Positions 12,365 to 25,234 are shown, counted from the first letter of the stretch. The stretch is 64,000 nt of DNA from Octopus bimaculoides (GCF_001194135.2 NC_068984.1:42456734-42520733); one strand, 5' to 3'. A program made the numbers and translations. The notes: generated from the sequence alone by a model not told the origin.

Positions 12365-13121
12365 TTGTTTATTCTTTTTTTCATAATAGTATATAAAAAT
12401 TTTTAATAAAATATATTTCCAACTCCACCATAAATTTATAACATATTATACAGATTTTATATAATAAATATGTGCAGTGATTATTTTAAATTAAAATATC
12501 TTTGGATTAATATTATTAAAGATGCATAAGAACATTTTATGACCGTTGTCATTGTCTTGTTTATTTAATTTATTTTATCTATTTGAAATTTGGTTGTGTT
12601 TTTATTATATTTTTTATGTTTTTAAATTATTAACGCTCACGCTTATAAACATAGTTATATTTTAAATGAGTTTATCTTATGATTTAGCAGTTCTTGCATG
12701 AAATGTCTATTTTTTAGACAAATTTTACCCCGACGAGATGTGAAGTTTTTATAAATTCTCCACTAGATATGAATGGAAACAAATTGTAGGATATATATTT
12801 GTTTTAATTATTCGTTATGTTATATTGTATTTTTTATAGCATAATTATATTATAATGTTCATAAATTTATACTACGCCAATTGTATTTCTGTTGACCGCT
12901 GTCCCTCTGCCTCTACCACTCTCTCTTCTCTCCCCACGTGACCAGTGTTCAGCCAATCTTGACCTTTCTTTCTTGCTTCGGCCGGAGTCCGTGCAACATC
13001 TATATTCTTCCCTGTGCTTGTGGAATCTTGTATCCCTGCCGTAAGGCTTTACTTCCACACACGCCAGCTTAATTTAATTCGTCCTTAGTCGAAAGACACC
13101 TGTTGTTAATGTCCTGTTATT

Positions 13122-13420
13122 TGTATTTGTGTACCATTTCTCTGTTTTTTTTTCGTCCGTGCCTTCGTATACATTCGCTGCAGTCTTCCTAGGAATCTAG
13201 TGCGCTTAGCTTAGTTTTTCATTGGGGCTGGCTAGATTAGAGCAATCTCGAGTATAACCAGCCGAAATTGCAAAGATAATCTGGAACTCAACTGAGGAAA
13301 GAAAACTCCGAATGACTTGTCCTTGTTTTCTTTGTATCGCCTATTTGGATGTTTTGTTGTCCCTTTCTTTTATCACCTAACTGTCTGGATGTTTTGCATT
13401 CTTGTCCCATTTTGTATTTT
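13122..13420 (+). mobile_element. Interspersed repeat (~300 bp), possibly Penelope-LTR derived; second copy at 57245-57499 in the opposite orientation
   Basis: High identity to the reverse complement of 57245-57499 (e.g. gagcaatctcgagtataa...gcaaagataatctggaactc...gaaagaaaactccgaatgacttgtcc). The Penelope link is an inference. Confidence 0.8.
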
Positions 13421-13520
13421 TATATATATCTTTAGCGGCGAACATACGCTTTGGTCTCTTATATGTAAGTATATATTAATCTAAATCTTGTACGACCCAA
13501 TTCTTTTCTTCTTTCTATTA

Positions 13521-13917
13521 GTCTGTCTTTGTCCCCTACCATCGCCTGACAACCGATGTTGGTGTGGTTACGTTTCCAAATCTTAGCGCTTCGGTAAAAG
13601 AGACCCATAGAATAAGTACTAGGCTAACATAGAATAAAACTTGGGGTTTCAGCCATTTGACTGCAGCCATGCTGGAGCACCGCCTTTAGTCGAACAAATC
13701 GACCCTAGGACTTATTCTTTGTAAGCCTGATACTTATTTTATCGAGATCTTTTTTGCCGCATCGCTAATTTACGGGGACGTAAACACAACAGCATCGGTT
13801 GCCAAGCGATAGTGGGGAGGGGGGAACACAGACACACAAACACCTACACACACACACACATATGTACATATACGACAGCCTTCTTTCAGTATCCGTCTGC
13901 CAAATCCACTCACAAGG
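13521..13917. mobile_element. Two family A SINE fragments, tail-to-tail (13521-13646 plus, 13647-13917 minus)
   Basis: The plus part matches the 3' half of family A up to ttggggt. The minus part matches the tail through the internal CA array to cacaagg. Confidence 0.85.
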
Positions 13918-14593
13918 TTCTTTTGGGGTTAAAAAATCCGTTCAAACGGACAGGCATATGAAAGAGGCTACGAACATTACTTGTTAGTACAACTTCTGCA
14001 TTGATCTGTTAGAGAGATTTTGGAACTAGCATTTTTGCCTATATATATATATAAGATCGNNNNNNNNNNNNNNNNNNNNNNNNNNNNNNNNNNNNNNNNN
14101 NNNNNNNNNNNNNNNNNNNNNNNNNNNNNNNNNNNNNNNNNNNNNNNNNNNNNNNNNNNNNNNNNNNNNNNNNNNNNNNNNNNNNNNNNNNNNNNNNNNN
14201 NNNNNNNNNNNNNNNNNNNNNNNNNNNNNNNNNNNNNNNNNNNNNNNNNNNNNNNNNNNNNNNNNNNNNNNNNNNNNNNNNNNNNNNNNNNNNNNNNNNN
14301 NNNNNNNNNNNNNNNNNNNNNNNNNNNNNNNNNNNNNNNNNNNNNNNNNNNNNNNNNNNNNNNNNNNNNNNNNNNNNNNNNNNNNNNNNNNNNNNNNNNN
14401 NNNNNNNNNNNNNNNNNNNNNNNNNNNNNNNNNNNNNNNNNNNNNNNNNNNNNNNNNNNNNNNNNNNNNNNNNNNNNNNNNNNNNNNNNNNNNNNNNNNN
14501 NNNNNNNNNNNNNNNNNNNNNNACATTCTACCAGTGTTCCAAGTTTCAAAGTGTTTCGTTAATGAAAAATGTGGCCCCCGTTTTAAAAAAGAT

Positions 14594-14624
<31 letters not shown>

Positions 14625-14627
<3 letters not shown>

Positions 14628-15300
14628 ACCCCAAGAGAATGAAAGGCAAATTCGACTTCGGCGTAATTTGAACCCAGAATGTAGCGACAGACGAAATACC
14701 GCTAATCATTTCGTCCGGTTTTACTTTTTGAGGTGGGGAGGGGGAATAGTCGATTACATCGTCCCAGTATCTCATTCGTGCTTAATTTATGGACCTAGAA
14801 AGGATGAAAGACAAAGTCGACCTCAGCGGAATTTGAACTCAGAACATAGCACCGGGTGAAATACCGCTAAGCATTTTGTCCAACGTGTTAACGATTCTTT
14901 TCTACTCTAGGTAGAAGGCCCGAAATTTTTGGGGAGGGGGCCAGTCGATTAGATTATCACCAGTATGCAACTGGTACTTAATTTATCGACCCCGAAAGGA
15001 TGAAAGACAAAGTCGACCTCAACGGAATTTGAACTCAGAAAGTAAAGAACTCAGAAATACCGCTAAGCTTTTCGCCCGGTGTGCAAACGTTTCTTATTTC
15101 TTTATTGCTCGCACGGGGCTAAACATAGAGAGGACAAACAAGGAGAGACAAATAAATAGATTAAGTCGATTACATTGGCCCCAGTTCGTAAATGGTACTT
15201 ATTTAATCGAACTCGAAAGGAACTCTACGGAATTGGAACTCAGAAACAACGCTAAGGATTTCGCCCGGCGTGCTAACGTTTCTGCCAACTTGCTGCCTTA
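14625..15300 (-). mobile_element. Head-to-tail array of four family B SINEs
   Basis: Units lie at about 15094-15300, 14899-15093, 14722-14898 and 14625-14721. Each contains a variant of aaatgcttagcggtatt and a B-box-like ttctgagttc; three also keep gaggtcgactttg. Confidence 0.88.
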
Positions 15301-15511
15301 GTAATAATAATGATAATAATAATGATAATGATAATGTTTTATTAATGCAAACTTCTAGATAACCATGTTGATAATGGGGCTTACTGATTGAAATGTTGGA
15401 CTGTCAGTCCAGATATAGAACATTCCTCAACATCCTGACAATATACTTTTGGTACCATTGCGTCGATTTGAAAGTAACACGAGTCATAAAATTTATCTTT
15501 ATAGCTATTTC

Positions 15512-15568
<57 letters not shown>

Positions 15569-15774
15569 TTTCAATGAATTAATCGGTATTAAGATATTGG
15601 TTCCTTTTATCAGGTAAGTCACATCATAAAAACTGATACACCTGTAAATGTGGTTGAGTCAGTTTAAATTTTGTATTTACAGATCGTGGAGGATTGCCAA
15701 TAACGTGTGAGCATATTCAGAGACAAACTAAGACGCCATTAAATCTTAAAATAAAACTTCTTTTCTCGTTTATC

Positions 15775-15965
15775 TTTTAGTTCTTCCAGTCATTGGACTG
15801 TGGCCATGCTGGAGCACCGCCTTCAAAGGTTTAATCTGATAACTTTATCCTAGTACTTATTTTTATTTTAAGTCTGGCGCTTAATCTATCTGCCGAACTG
15901 CTAAGTTACGGGGACATGAATGAAGTAACACCGGTTAAATGATGGATTAGGGGAGCGACAAACAA
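15775..15965 (-). mobile_element. SINE family A, 3' half, decayed
   Basis: cagtcattggactgtggccatgctggagcaccgcc ... tgccgaactgctaagttacggggac. Confidence 0.75.
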
Positions 15966-17277
15966 TGTGCAGATTGTTTAGCAAGAAATTACGGAACCGT
16001 ATTTGTCGGAATACGAGAGACGACCATCATTATATATACTTGTAATATTTAACATTAAGTATTACTAGCAGAAAAACCGCCCTCCGGGCAGTTTTCTGCT
16101 GGTCACTTGATAATATTTTCACATTTGATTTCCAATTTTAATAATTTTAATATGTTATGTCTAATTATTTCTTTGTATATTAATGATCACTTGCTTAACA
16201 AATATTGCTTTCATTATTTCATCACAGTCATAATCTCTCTTTTTTAAACAAACATTACAGTAGTCCAACAACAGAGGGACAAGCAGTTTGTCAAGTTTTA
16301 CCTTCCCCTCAAAGCAACAGAGAGATTTCAATTCAGCAGCCCATCTGTAAATTTTGCAGAGTGTATGTGAGAGAGAGAAAGAGAGAGGGGGAGGGAGAGA
16401 ACATTACAAACAATGAATGAAATAAACATGAAATGAAAGAAATCGTATAAATAAAACGTCATTACTACAAGTGTATACGCCCCCGACTTTGTTGCCTCAT
16501 AACATTAAAAGAAATGGATATTTTTTAACAAAAGCTTCTGCAACTACCGCTTAGACGTTGTGGTTTCATAGTATATAGGGTTTTACAGGAAAGAATTTTT
16601 CCGAGGAGGAGGAGGAGAGAGGAGTTTTGGAAAATTCACACGATCTGACATTTTCCCCTCATATCTTTCAGGAAGATGGGTATCTTTTATTGAAAATTTA
16701 TACAAATCCCTTTCAAATGGCATAGATTACGATTATAAAGAAATGATGGGGTGAGGGCATCTTTGTATGGAAAATGTTTTGAAACTTTTTTACACCCCCT
16801 TTTTTATCTCATTCTAGACCTATTTTGGTCAAATTTTTGTTTTTGCACTTCAAAACCATGGGAAGAGCATTTTCGGTAAAAGTATTTTTTAAATAGTTAA
16901 TATTTTCAGAGGGATTTAATGGCGATTTGGCTGTTGTTTCTAGCACATCCAAAGACAACCTACCTCGCTTCTTTAATCACAATCGCATGTATTTCCCCAT
17001 AAATACATTTATATGCTTTAAAAAAGAAAATTTGGGAAATTATGATTTTTCTGCAACCCCACTCCCCGCCCCCGATTGTTTCTGTTTATAAATTCAAATG
17101 CTGGAAATCCCGAGAAGGTGATTGCTGGCATTTATCCACAGTTATTTTTTAAAATTTACGGAGATATACTTGCATAGCAAGTGACGTGATCTGAGAGCGT
17201 GTGTTGAAGAAAAAAAAACAATTGCAGCATAGATGTTTGTAAGCCATTTAAGAACACACAAAAACCGTTAGTTTCAC

Positions 17278-17456
17278 AGCACTACTTAAATACAGAGGTT
17301 CCGATGCATCTACGTATGAAGGGGAGGGTTAATTTGAGGGTTAGCTGTTAGGGTTAAGATTAGGATTAGATTTAGGGTTAGTTAGGGCTAGGATGTCATT
17401 ATACGTCCACACAGCGTAAAATGCTTTGTACGTAACACATGTATTTAAGTAGTACC
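17278..17456. mobile_element. 179-bp MITE with 17-bp TIRs and 8-bp TSD (Merlin-like), nested in another repeat
   Basis: The TIRs are agcactacttaaataca and tgtatttaagtagtacc. agtttcac is duplicated at 17270-17277 and 17457-17464. The interior is degenerate TTAGGG-like repeats. Confidence 0.8.
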
Positions 17457-17578
17457 AGTTTCACTTCAACATTAAAATTTCATTTCTATCAAAATATTTC
17501 CGTCGCTTTGAAACCGCGACCTGTTCACTGACAAAACTTCACAAAAGTGATGCAGTACGAAGTTTTGTCAGTGAACGG

Positions 17579-17659
<81 letters not shown>

Positions 17660-18452
17660 TACACGCACAACCACACACGCACGCACACATTAATGGCCTT
17701 TCATTCGTGCGTATGTGCATCTATGTGTGTGCGCGAGTGTGTGTGTGTGTGTGTGTGCGTGCGCGCGTGCGCGTGTGTCAGTGTTGAAGTCGCTCGTGCA
17801 ACTTGTTTGTGTATATATTGGCTTAGTGGTACACAGTGTCTGGAAACTGTGACGAAAGTACAAGTTTCGAGTACATCTCGGTGACTTTTTTCTCCTCATC
17901 TTCTAATAGTAATTGCCCAACTTTCTAGGCTCTTCTCACAGCTATCCCGCATTCAAAAATTATATGGGTATTTAAAAAATTTTCATTCAATAAATGTTTT
18001 TGCATTACGTATACATTGATGGAATAAACTGTCGGTTTTCCAAATAGCGAATGAAAACTTAAGAGATCAAGTGAGAGACTTTGCAAACAAAAATGGAATA
18101 CTCCGCAGTGAATGCAATGAATATTTAAATTTGTGATGAATTGGACGCAGTAAATGCAATGAATATTAAATTTGCGAGAAATTGGAGTTAAAAAAATTCA
18201 ATAAACTTGAGAAATCGAAAGTATAAGAAATTTCTTAGAACATGGATTTATAAAAATATTTCCTGACGGTCAACCCTTTAATAATTGATTTTTTTACTAC
18301 TTTTAGTAATTGTTACATATCTAGTTAATAAGCAGCCTTATCCATTATAGTTTAGAAGCATGTAATACTTAACATTAAGTTAGGTAATTACACACACATA
18401 CACACATACACACATACACAGAGGCAGACAGGTCGACAGACAGCAGTCAGTC

Positions 18453-18483
<31 letters not shown>

Positions 18484-19585
18484 TAAATAGATAGATAGAT
18501 AGATAGATAGATATATATACTAACAATGAATAGCTAAACTCACAATATTATCTAAAATATCCACAGCCGTGACAGGCAAAAGTGTAGGACCAAATAACAT
18601 ATGCTATATTTTCACTAATTGTCTTAGAAGCGCCAATGTAGAGAAATATGTGCAGACATAGATACCGTGTCGACCATCCCATATAAAGCAGAACATGGAG
18701 TATGTCGCACCTCAAGGGAGAGAAATCTGCACCCGCTCTAAGCTAGTACTCTTTTCAGCAAAGTGAAATGAAGCTCCTTGCTTCGTCATGAACATAATGC
18801 AAATAGATAGATAAATAGATACAATGGCAGTAAATAGCTAAATTCACAATATTATGTTAAATATCCACAGCCATCACAGGTAAGCGGACATAATTCAGAT
18901 CCCGGCCCAAGATCCGAACCCACAAACGTAAGATTTTGAGTCCGTTTTTACCAGTACGTCCACGAAGAAACTAAAGTAGACACACATACGCTTCGCCTCC
19001 AATTGTTGCCTCTTCGAGTATTTCTCACTGACTCTATCTTCTTTTTCCTTTCGGTCTATATGTAAAGGCGTATACATGTGTGTCAGACTATCTATCTTTC
19101 TATTAATTCTTTTAATTACCTAGCCAATTTACGTACGAAAATGTATTCATTGGGCATATTTTCAAAACAAATATTTCCACTGGTAGCTCTTGAGTTACAG
19201 ACACTAAGCTACAGAGTCTTCTCAACGCTAGAAGAGCTTTGCGAAATATATCCATCCTCCAAATTAGTGAAGCTGTTGTCTTTGCCGTAGAAAGAGGGCA
19301 AAGGGCAAAAGCAGATTGGCCGATGTTGGGTCCACATCATATTCTATGTTGTGAATTGCACCTTACGGAAACGGAAAAATATTTAGAAGAAGAAGAAGAA
19401 GAAGAAGAAGAAGAAGAAGAAGAAGAAGAAGAAGAAGAGAAAAACAACAACAAAATACTTCTGGTGATTATTCTAACATGATTTTGTGTGTATTTTACAT
19501 GTCCGTCAAGTTGTCCATCTAGAGTTTGTGCCTTTGTCGACCTAATTGATTATGTTTCTTTACTCACTCTGTTTCCCCTCACATT

Positions 19586-19677
<92 letters not shown>

Positions 19678-19689
19678 NNNNNNNNNNTT

Positions 19690-19768
<79 letters not shown>

Positions 19769-20431
19769 CTCTCTCTCTCTGTCTTTCTTTCATCTGCTAC
19801 AGCTTTTGACTTGTTTGCCTTCAAACCGTAAACTATGTAACCACTGTTGCACTGGTATTATCCTCGAAAAGCGTCATTTCCAAGGTTGTCACGATTGACA
19901 TATTGATTGTCAAGCGTCGTAGAAAAGATACAGAAGCACTGTAGAAGGAGACTATGCATTCAGCTTGTAATTCGCCAACATAGTTTTTGTTATGATCGCA
20001 TTTTATAGCCCTTGGGAGTTTGAAGCTTAACTGCTTTGTTTCTTTATTCATTTAATAGTATAGCAAATACATCGGAGGATCCTATTACTTATCTTGAAAA
20101 GAATCAGAGAAATATTTCGATGTAAATAGGAAATATAATACATAAATAAATAGAGCAATAAATAGATTGATAAATAAATACACAATGAAAGTAGCGGATG
20201 GAATTTAATTTCGTATATTTCATAAATAGTTGAATTGACCACATACAAGAATCAGTCTCATTTATGATCAAGACACATCAAAATAGTTTTCATAATGCTT
20301 GCATGTACACAGTAGTCATAAGGAAACTTTTATTGACTTGCACATATCTTATTTGAACAGATTATTTTTATACTAATTTATCTGTATGCCGTAAATAAAA
20401 CAATACTGTTTGAATGCTGATTTATTCGAAA

Positions 20432-20558
20432 TTCTTTTTACTAATCTGAGATGTGATGGTTACAAAAACTTAATTTATATGACACATGTATTTATAATTT
20501 CTTTTTACTAATCTAAGATGTGATGGTTACAAAAACGTAATTTATATGACACATGTAT
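20432..20558. repeat. Tandem duplication, 67-bp period, ~2 copies
   Basis: ttctttttactaatctgagatgtgatggttacaaaaacttaatttatatgacacatgtat recurs at 20499 with 2 mismatches. Confidence 0.9.
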
Positions 20559-22024
20559 AATATCTTCCTCAGATATGTGAAACAATCGATATGTCTGGTC
20601 GTATCTTGGACGTTTAAAGTCTTCACATACCACGTTCTTTACCAAATATCTAGAAAATATCACTTGCAACTCTTAGATTATAAAAGCATAACGTTAAATA
20701 AGGAATACTATTCTCAGGAAGCCTACATTTTCTATTGATATTGGTTCATACCAATAGTGAATTATTTTTTTTTCTCCATACCATTATTATATTACTTTTA
20801 TCCAACAATTCTGGAATCGGATGGAATATTGTCGGTATTCTAAGAATAACAGCCGGGAACCGACGCGGCTTACCGGCGCAAAAGATTTCACACATGTGCA
20901 CGAAAGGACCCGTCACCTCTCACCCAAGGGATTTTGCCCATGCGATACTAGTTTTGGTTGGAAATATAAAGTCGAATACTTTTAGACGTACCACGTACTC
21001 CCGACTCATGAAATGTTACTTTCCCTACATTTACATATTCAAAGGAGTAATAGTTTTGGCAGTCATTGTTTGGCAGATATTGCCCGAGTGACTTATATGA
21101 TACACGGTACAAGGTTTTAAACATCTTACAGTAACGTTTCTATTGAGATAGAACTGCTGGTATCTTCATTTCGGAGGAAGGGTCCCGGTGTTGTCAGGAT
21201 CATGCAGATTTTAATATCAATGGAACTTATTTTCTCTTCACACCAACCACATCGTTCAAATGTTGCTATCACTACAAGTTCTGAAAATAACCAATTGGTG
21301 GGGCATGCGTATTGTCTTTGAAGAGGAACGCCCAAGGTGCCGTATTGTTTAAGGCCTACTTTGATACTTTTTGGTAACTCTATCTACCGAACAAGACGCA
21401 TTTCCATCAACACCTTGATAATTGTAACATTCATTGCATATAACAGAAGGGATAGAGAGAGAAACCATTGATGTTGATGAGAAAGCGCATTTCCATGTAC
21501 ATGTATGTATGTATGTATGTAGGCATGTATGTATGGTACATTTCAATTTACTCTATAATTGGTTGACACAGTAAGTGTTATTTTTTTATCATAAGGTTAC
21601 ACAATTCTGCAAGAATATCTGGGCTCATAAATCATATTGTTCCTATGCTTGTACATATATGCATACGTGTGTGAAATAAATGCGAATATAAAGAGACGAT
21701 ATCATTGATATTTTTTATCATAATGATGGCTAATAATTCTTCAAATTTTTCTTTATTATAATTTGCTTCACATTTAAATACTATACTAATATACTATAAA
21801 CAGGGTGGTGTTTGTAGAAATCTAAGCTTAAAAGTCGATTTTGTTGGTGGAATGTTATTCCTTTTTAGGATAATGGCTCTATAATTTTATTCTTTTTATC
21901 TACGTCCCAGTTTTATGCTGTGATGAAATGCCAAGGTTCCTTCAAACGCCTCAAAATAACTGAATCTAAATATTGTTTAATATGGATGGTGTTGTCTGCT
22001 TTCTTTCTCTCTGTTTCCATCCTC

Positions 22025-22071
<47 letters not shown>

Positions 22072-23729
22072 ATACTTTTTATGCATCTTTCGTGCAAAAC
22101 ATTTGATGACGTAATCTGTACGGAATAGCTCTGTCATTCATATTTTGTGGTCTAGTGGAAAGGAGGTCTAATGGTGTTTCTTTGGCAGGTTTTTCAATTG
22201 GTTCTGAAGGAAGTGAATAATAGTTTTTTATCCTTGTAAATAGACATAGACACATGTATGTAAATAAACACACACACACTCACACACACGCACACACACA
22301 TATATACACATCCATGCACACATATGCATACGGTCATACATACGTATCTACATACATATATACATGCATACATAATCCATACGCGCGCACACACACACAT
22401 ATATACTAACAGAACCCGTGAATATTTCATGGAGTTAATAGTAAACTTACTGGGTTATTTCTGAAACCTTTTCCCAAAAAACCTGAAAGCAGAGCCTGCG
22501 TTGTGTCTGTATAGAAAGATAGTCGCTCATCTGCTAATCACTGAAAAGTGAAGGAAATCGGAATACGATGAATACTTAATGCACTTTGTATATACACTTT
22601 ATATATTACATGCACAATTGTATAGACTTAATACATAACACTCTCCCTTTCTCTTTCACCCTTCACCTTACTCGCTTTTTCTCTCTCCTTTTTCTTTTTT
22701 GCTCTTCGCCTTTCCTTTCAACTAGTCACGTGAAAGCGTAACAGGTGGGCTAAGTAACAGAGAAAAAGCCTTACTTAAAAAAATTACACATTTCACTCAC
22801 CACCATCTCTCCCTATTCTCCCCTCTCATCACATCCTCATCTCTCCTCCCCTCACCTCTCATTCCCCCCACCCCATCCCTTCAACTAATCACGTGGAAGC
22901 GTTACGGACGGGCTAAGTAATGGAGTGACAAGTAGAATTATTATAAGATGTACGTATATATCAGGTGAAATCTAATAGAGGCGTGTTTCCTTGTGAAGTA
23001 AGTTACAAAAATTTCGATCAGCTGTAGATGCTAGCACACATTCTCCAGCAATTCGAACAGGATTAAATATTGCAGAAGCTCCTTCTTAGCTCCTGAAAAG
23101 TTGCCAGTATCTCTTGATCCGATCATAGACTCAGACGGTGAGTTCAACGTTGATCATCTAAGTGTTAAGTTGGATCCTTGGGACCGAGGATTAGTTCAAG
23201 GGCAGATTTGTGAGTTCTAACGTAGAACGTCGGACCCGTGTCTTTAACAAAGTAGTGTCTAATCATCACTTTTCATACTATCATAGATGATAAGGGAATT
23301 ATTTAGGATAAGAATGAAACTACCTTCTGTTCTCACTGATGTTACACACGGAACCAATCACAGCTGAAAGGCTGAAAGAGTGAAGCATTTAGATTAAATA
23401 ACCAACAATACGGTAACCATATGGGAAACATACTAAAAAATAACCACAAATAATATCACTTCTGTGAAATATGGAAGAAAATACAACCACAACAAGAACA
23501 AACATCACAAGACCACTTTCCCTGTCCTGATTTGATAAAATTTACAAAGAATAAGAAAAACGAGTAGTAAAGTACCAAATATCTTGGTTTTAATTTGGAT
23601 CAAAACTTGAAAAGGCTGATCCAGCTAGCATAGAGAGATCCAGTCAGATCCGTAGAGAGATCTAGCTAGCAAAGAGAGAAATATTCTTCCACACCAAACC
23701 TGTCAACTATGCACGTATTTATTGGCGGT

Positions 23730-24170
23730 TGATCATTCACTAGAAAAGTACTCTACATGGGTGATACTGAATGCTGTTTAGCTTCGATTGATATAGTAAA
23801 AGTCTTGTTGTGCTAATATGTGATCTGCGCCTTAATCGCTACGATTCATCGTCCATACCTGATAAAACTTAAGATGCCTGCAAGCATAGAAGTAGCGTTG
23901 TTATCGTCTAAGTCTTTCCTCACGTTTCAGAAAAAGAATTAACGAACACACCTTCAAATTAGATTAACAATTAAAATCGATCCAAAAGATCAAATAAGGT
24001 AACATGTATCAATACTCTAGCCATACCAGTCATTAATATTCTCAATTGGAATTTAAGATTGAAGCGGCTGGACAGGAAAACAACAGGACCAACAAAAATT
24101 AATGACAGCATCTACAAGGCACCCCTGAAAAACGCACAAAAAGTATTACATTTATCATGAATAGAAAGAA
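23730..24170 (+). mobile_element. Very old Dong/R4-like RT relic
   Basis: Fragments VLYMGD (YMDD-like), IDIVKV, PVINILNW, RLDRKT and KLMT...HP appear in the order seen in R4-clade RTs, but are heavily disrupted. Confidence 0.45.
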
Positions 24171-24202
24171 GTCTTGGTTTTAGAAAATTATCATAAAATA
24201 CA

Positions 24203-24365
24203 TCTTTTATTTCTCACTTATTTCTGTCATTAGACTGCGGACATGCTGGGACATAGTCTTGAAGAATCTTTTAGTCGAATGAATTGAACCCAGTACTTAT
24301 TTTTTGAGCCTGGTACGTACTCTACCGGTTGTCAAGCGGTGGTGGGGAACAAGCACAGACTACAA

Positions 24366-24366
<1 letters not shown>
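24203..24366 (-). mobile_element. SINE family A, deleted 3' fragment
   Basis: tctgtcattagactgcggacatgctgg ... ccggttgtcaagcggtggtggggaacaagcacagac, followed by (CA)n. Confidence 0.7.
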
Positions 24367-24444
<78 letters not shown>

Positions 24445-24698
24445 AATAGAATTAAACGCAGGTGTTATTCGTTTTCTTCTGACACATGTTTGGAAGATAT
24501 CACTGGTATTATTCCAAAGGAATAAAATAGTGTAAAACAATGTAATCTTCTCTTACTTGCAAGGTTGACGCGTGTGTTCGATCATGTAATGATACAAATA
24601 ATAGGTGAGTATATGCATATATACGTACATGTATGTACATACCTACATCTACATGTATATATATGGATGCATGTCTGGGTACAGGACTATACATATAT

Positions 24699-24783
<85 letters not shown>

Positions 24784-25234
24784 GTATATATGCGCGTGTG
24801 TGTAAGAGAGAGAGAGAGAGAGGTGGGGATAGACTGTGTATTACACTGCGGGGCATACTTTCCTCAACTGTATGTTGGTGATCACGGTAATTTTGCCACC
24901 TTCTGGCAGTATTACTCCATCCAACGCTGTCGGAAAGCAATGAGACTACCACAGAATATCGTTTTATTTTATTTATATTTTTCACATACTCTGACACACT
25001 TTATATCTCCGCTATGCATACAGCCATTTCAGCAAAGTGGCTACATTGTAACCACTCGAACGATGTACCAACTATTTCGTCTTACTACTTGTTGCAGATT
25101 TATTCTTTGCTTTCAATTTTGGTCTTTCTTTCACATGTATCTTCTATGGCTATAAAGAAATATTATTTTCTGTCTCCCTGTCCAGTTAACTGCTCTCTTA
25201 TTCTTTCTAAATCCGTTGGAGTCAGATAATATAT

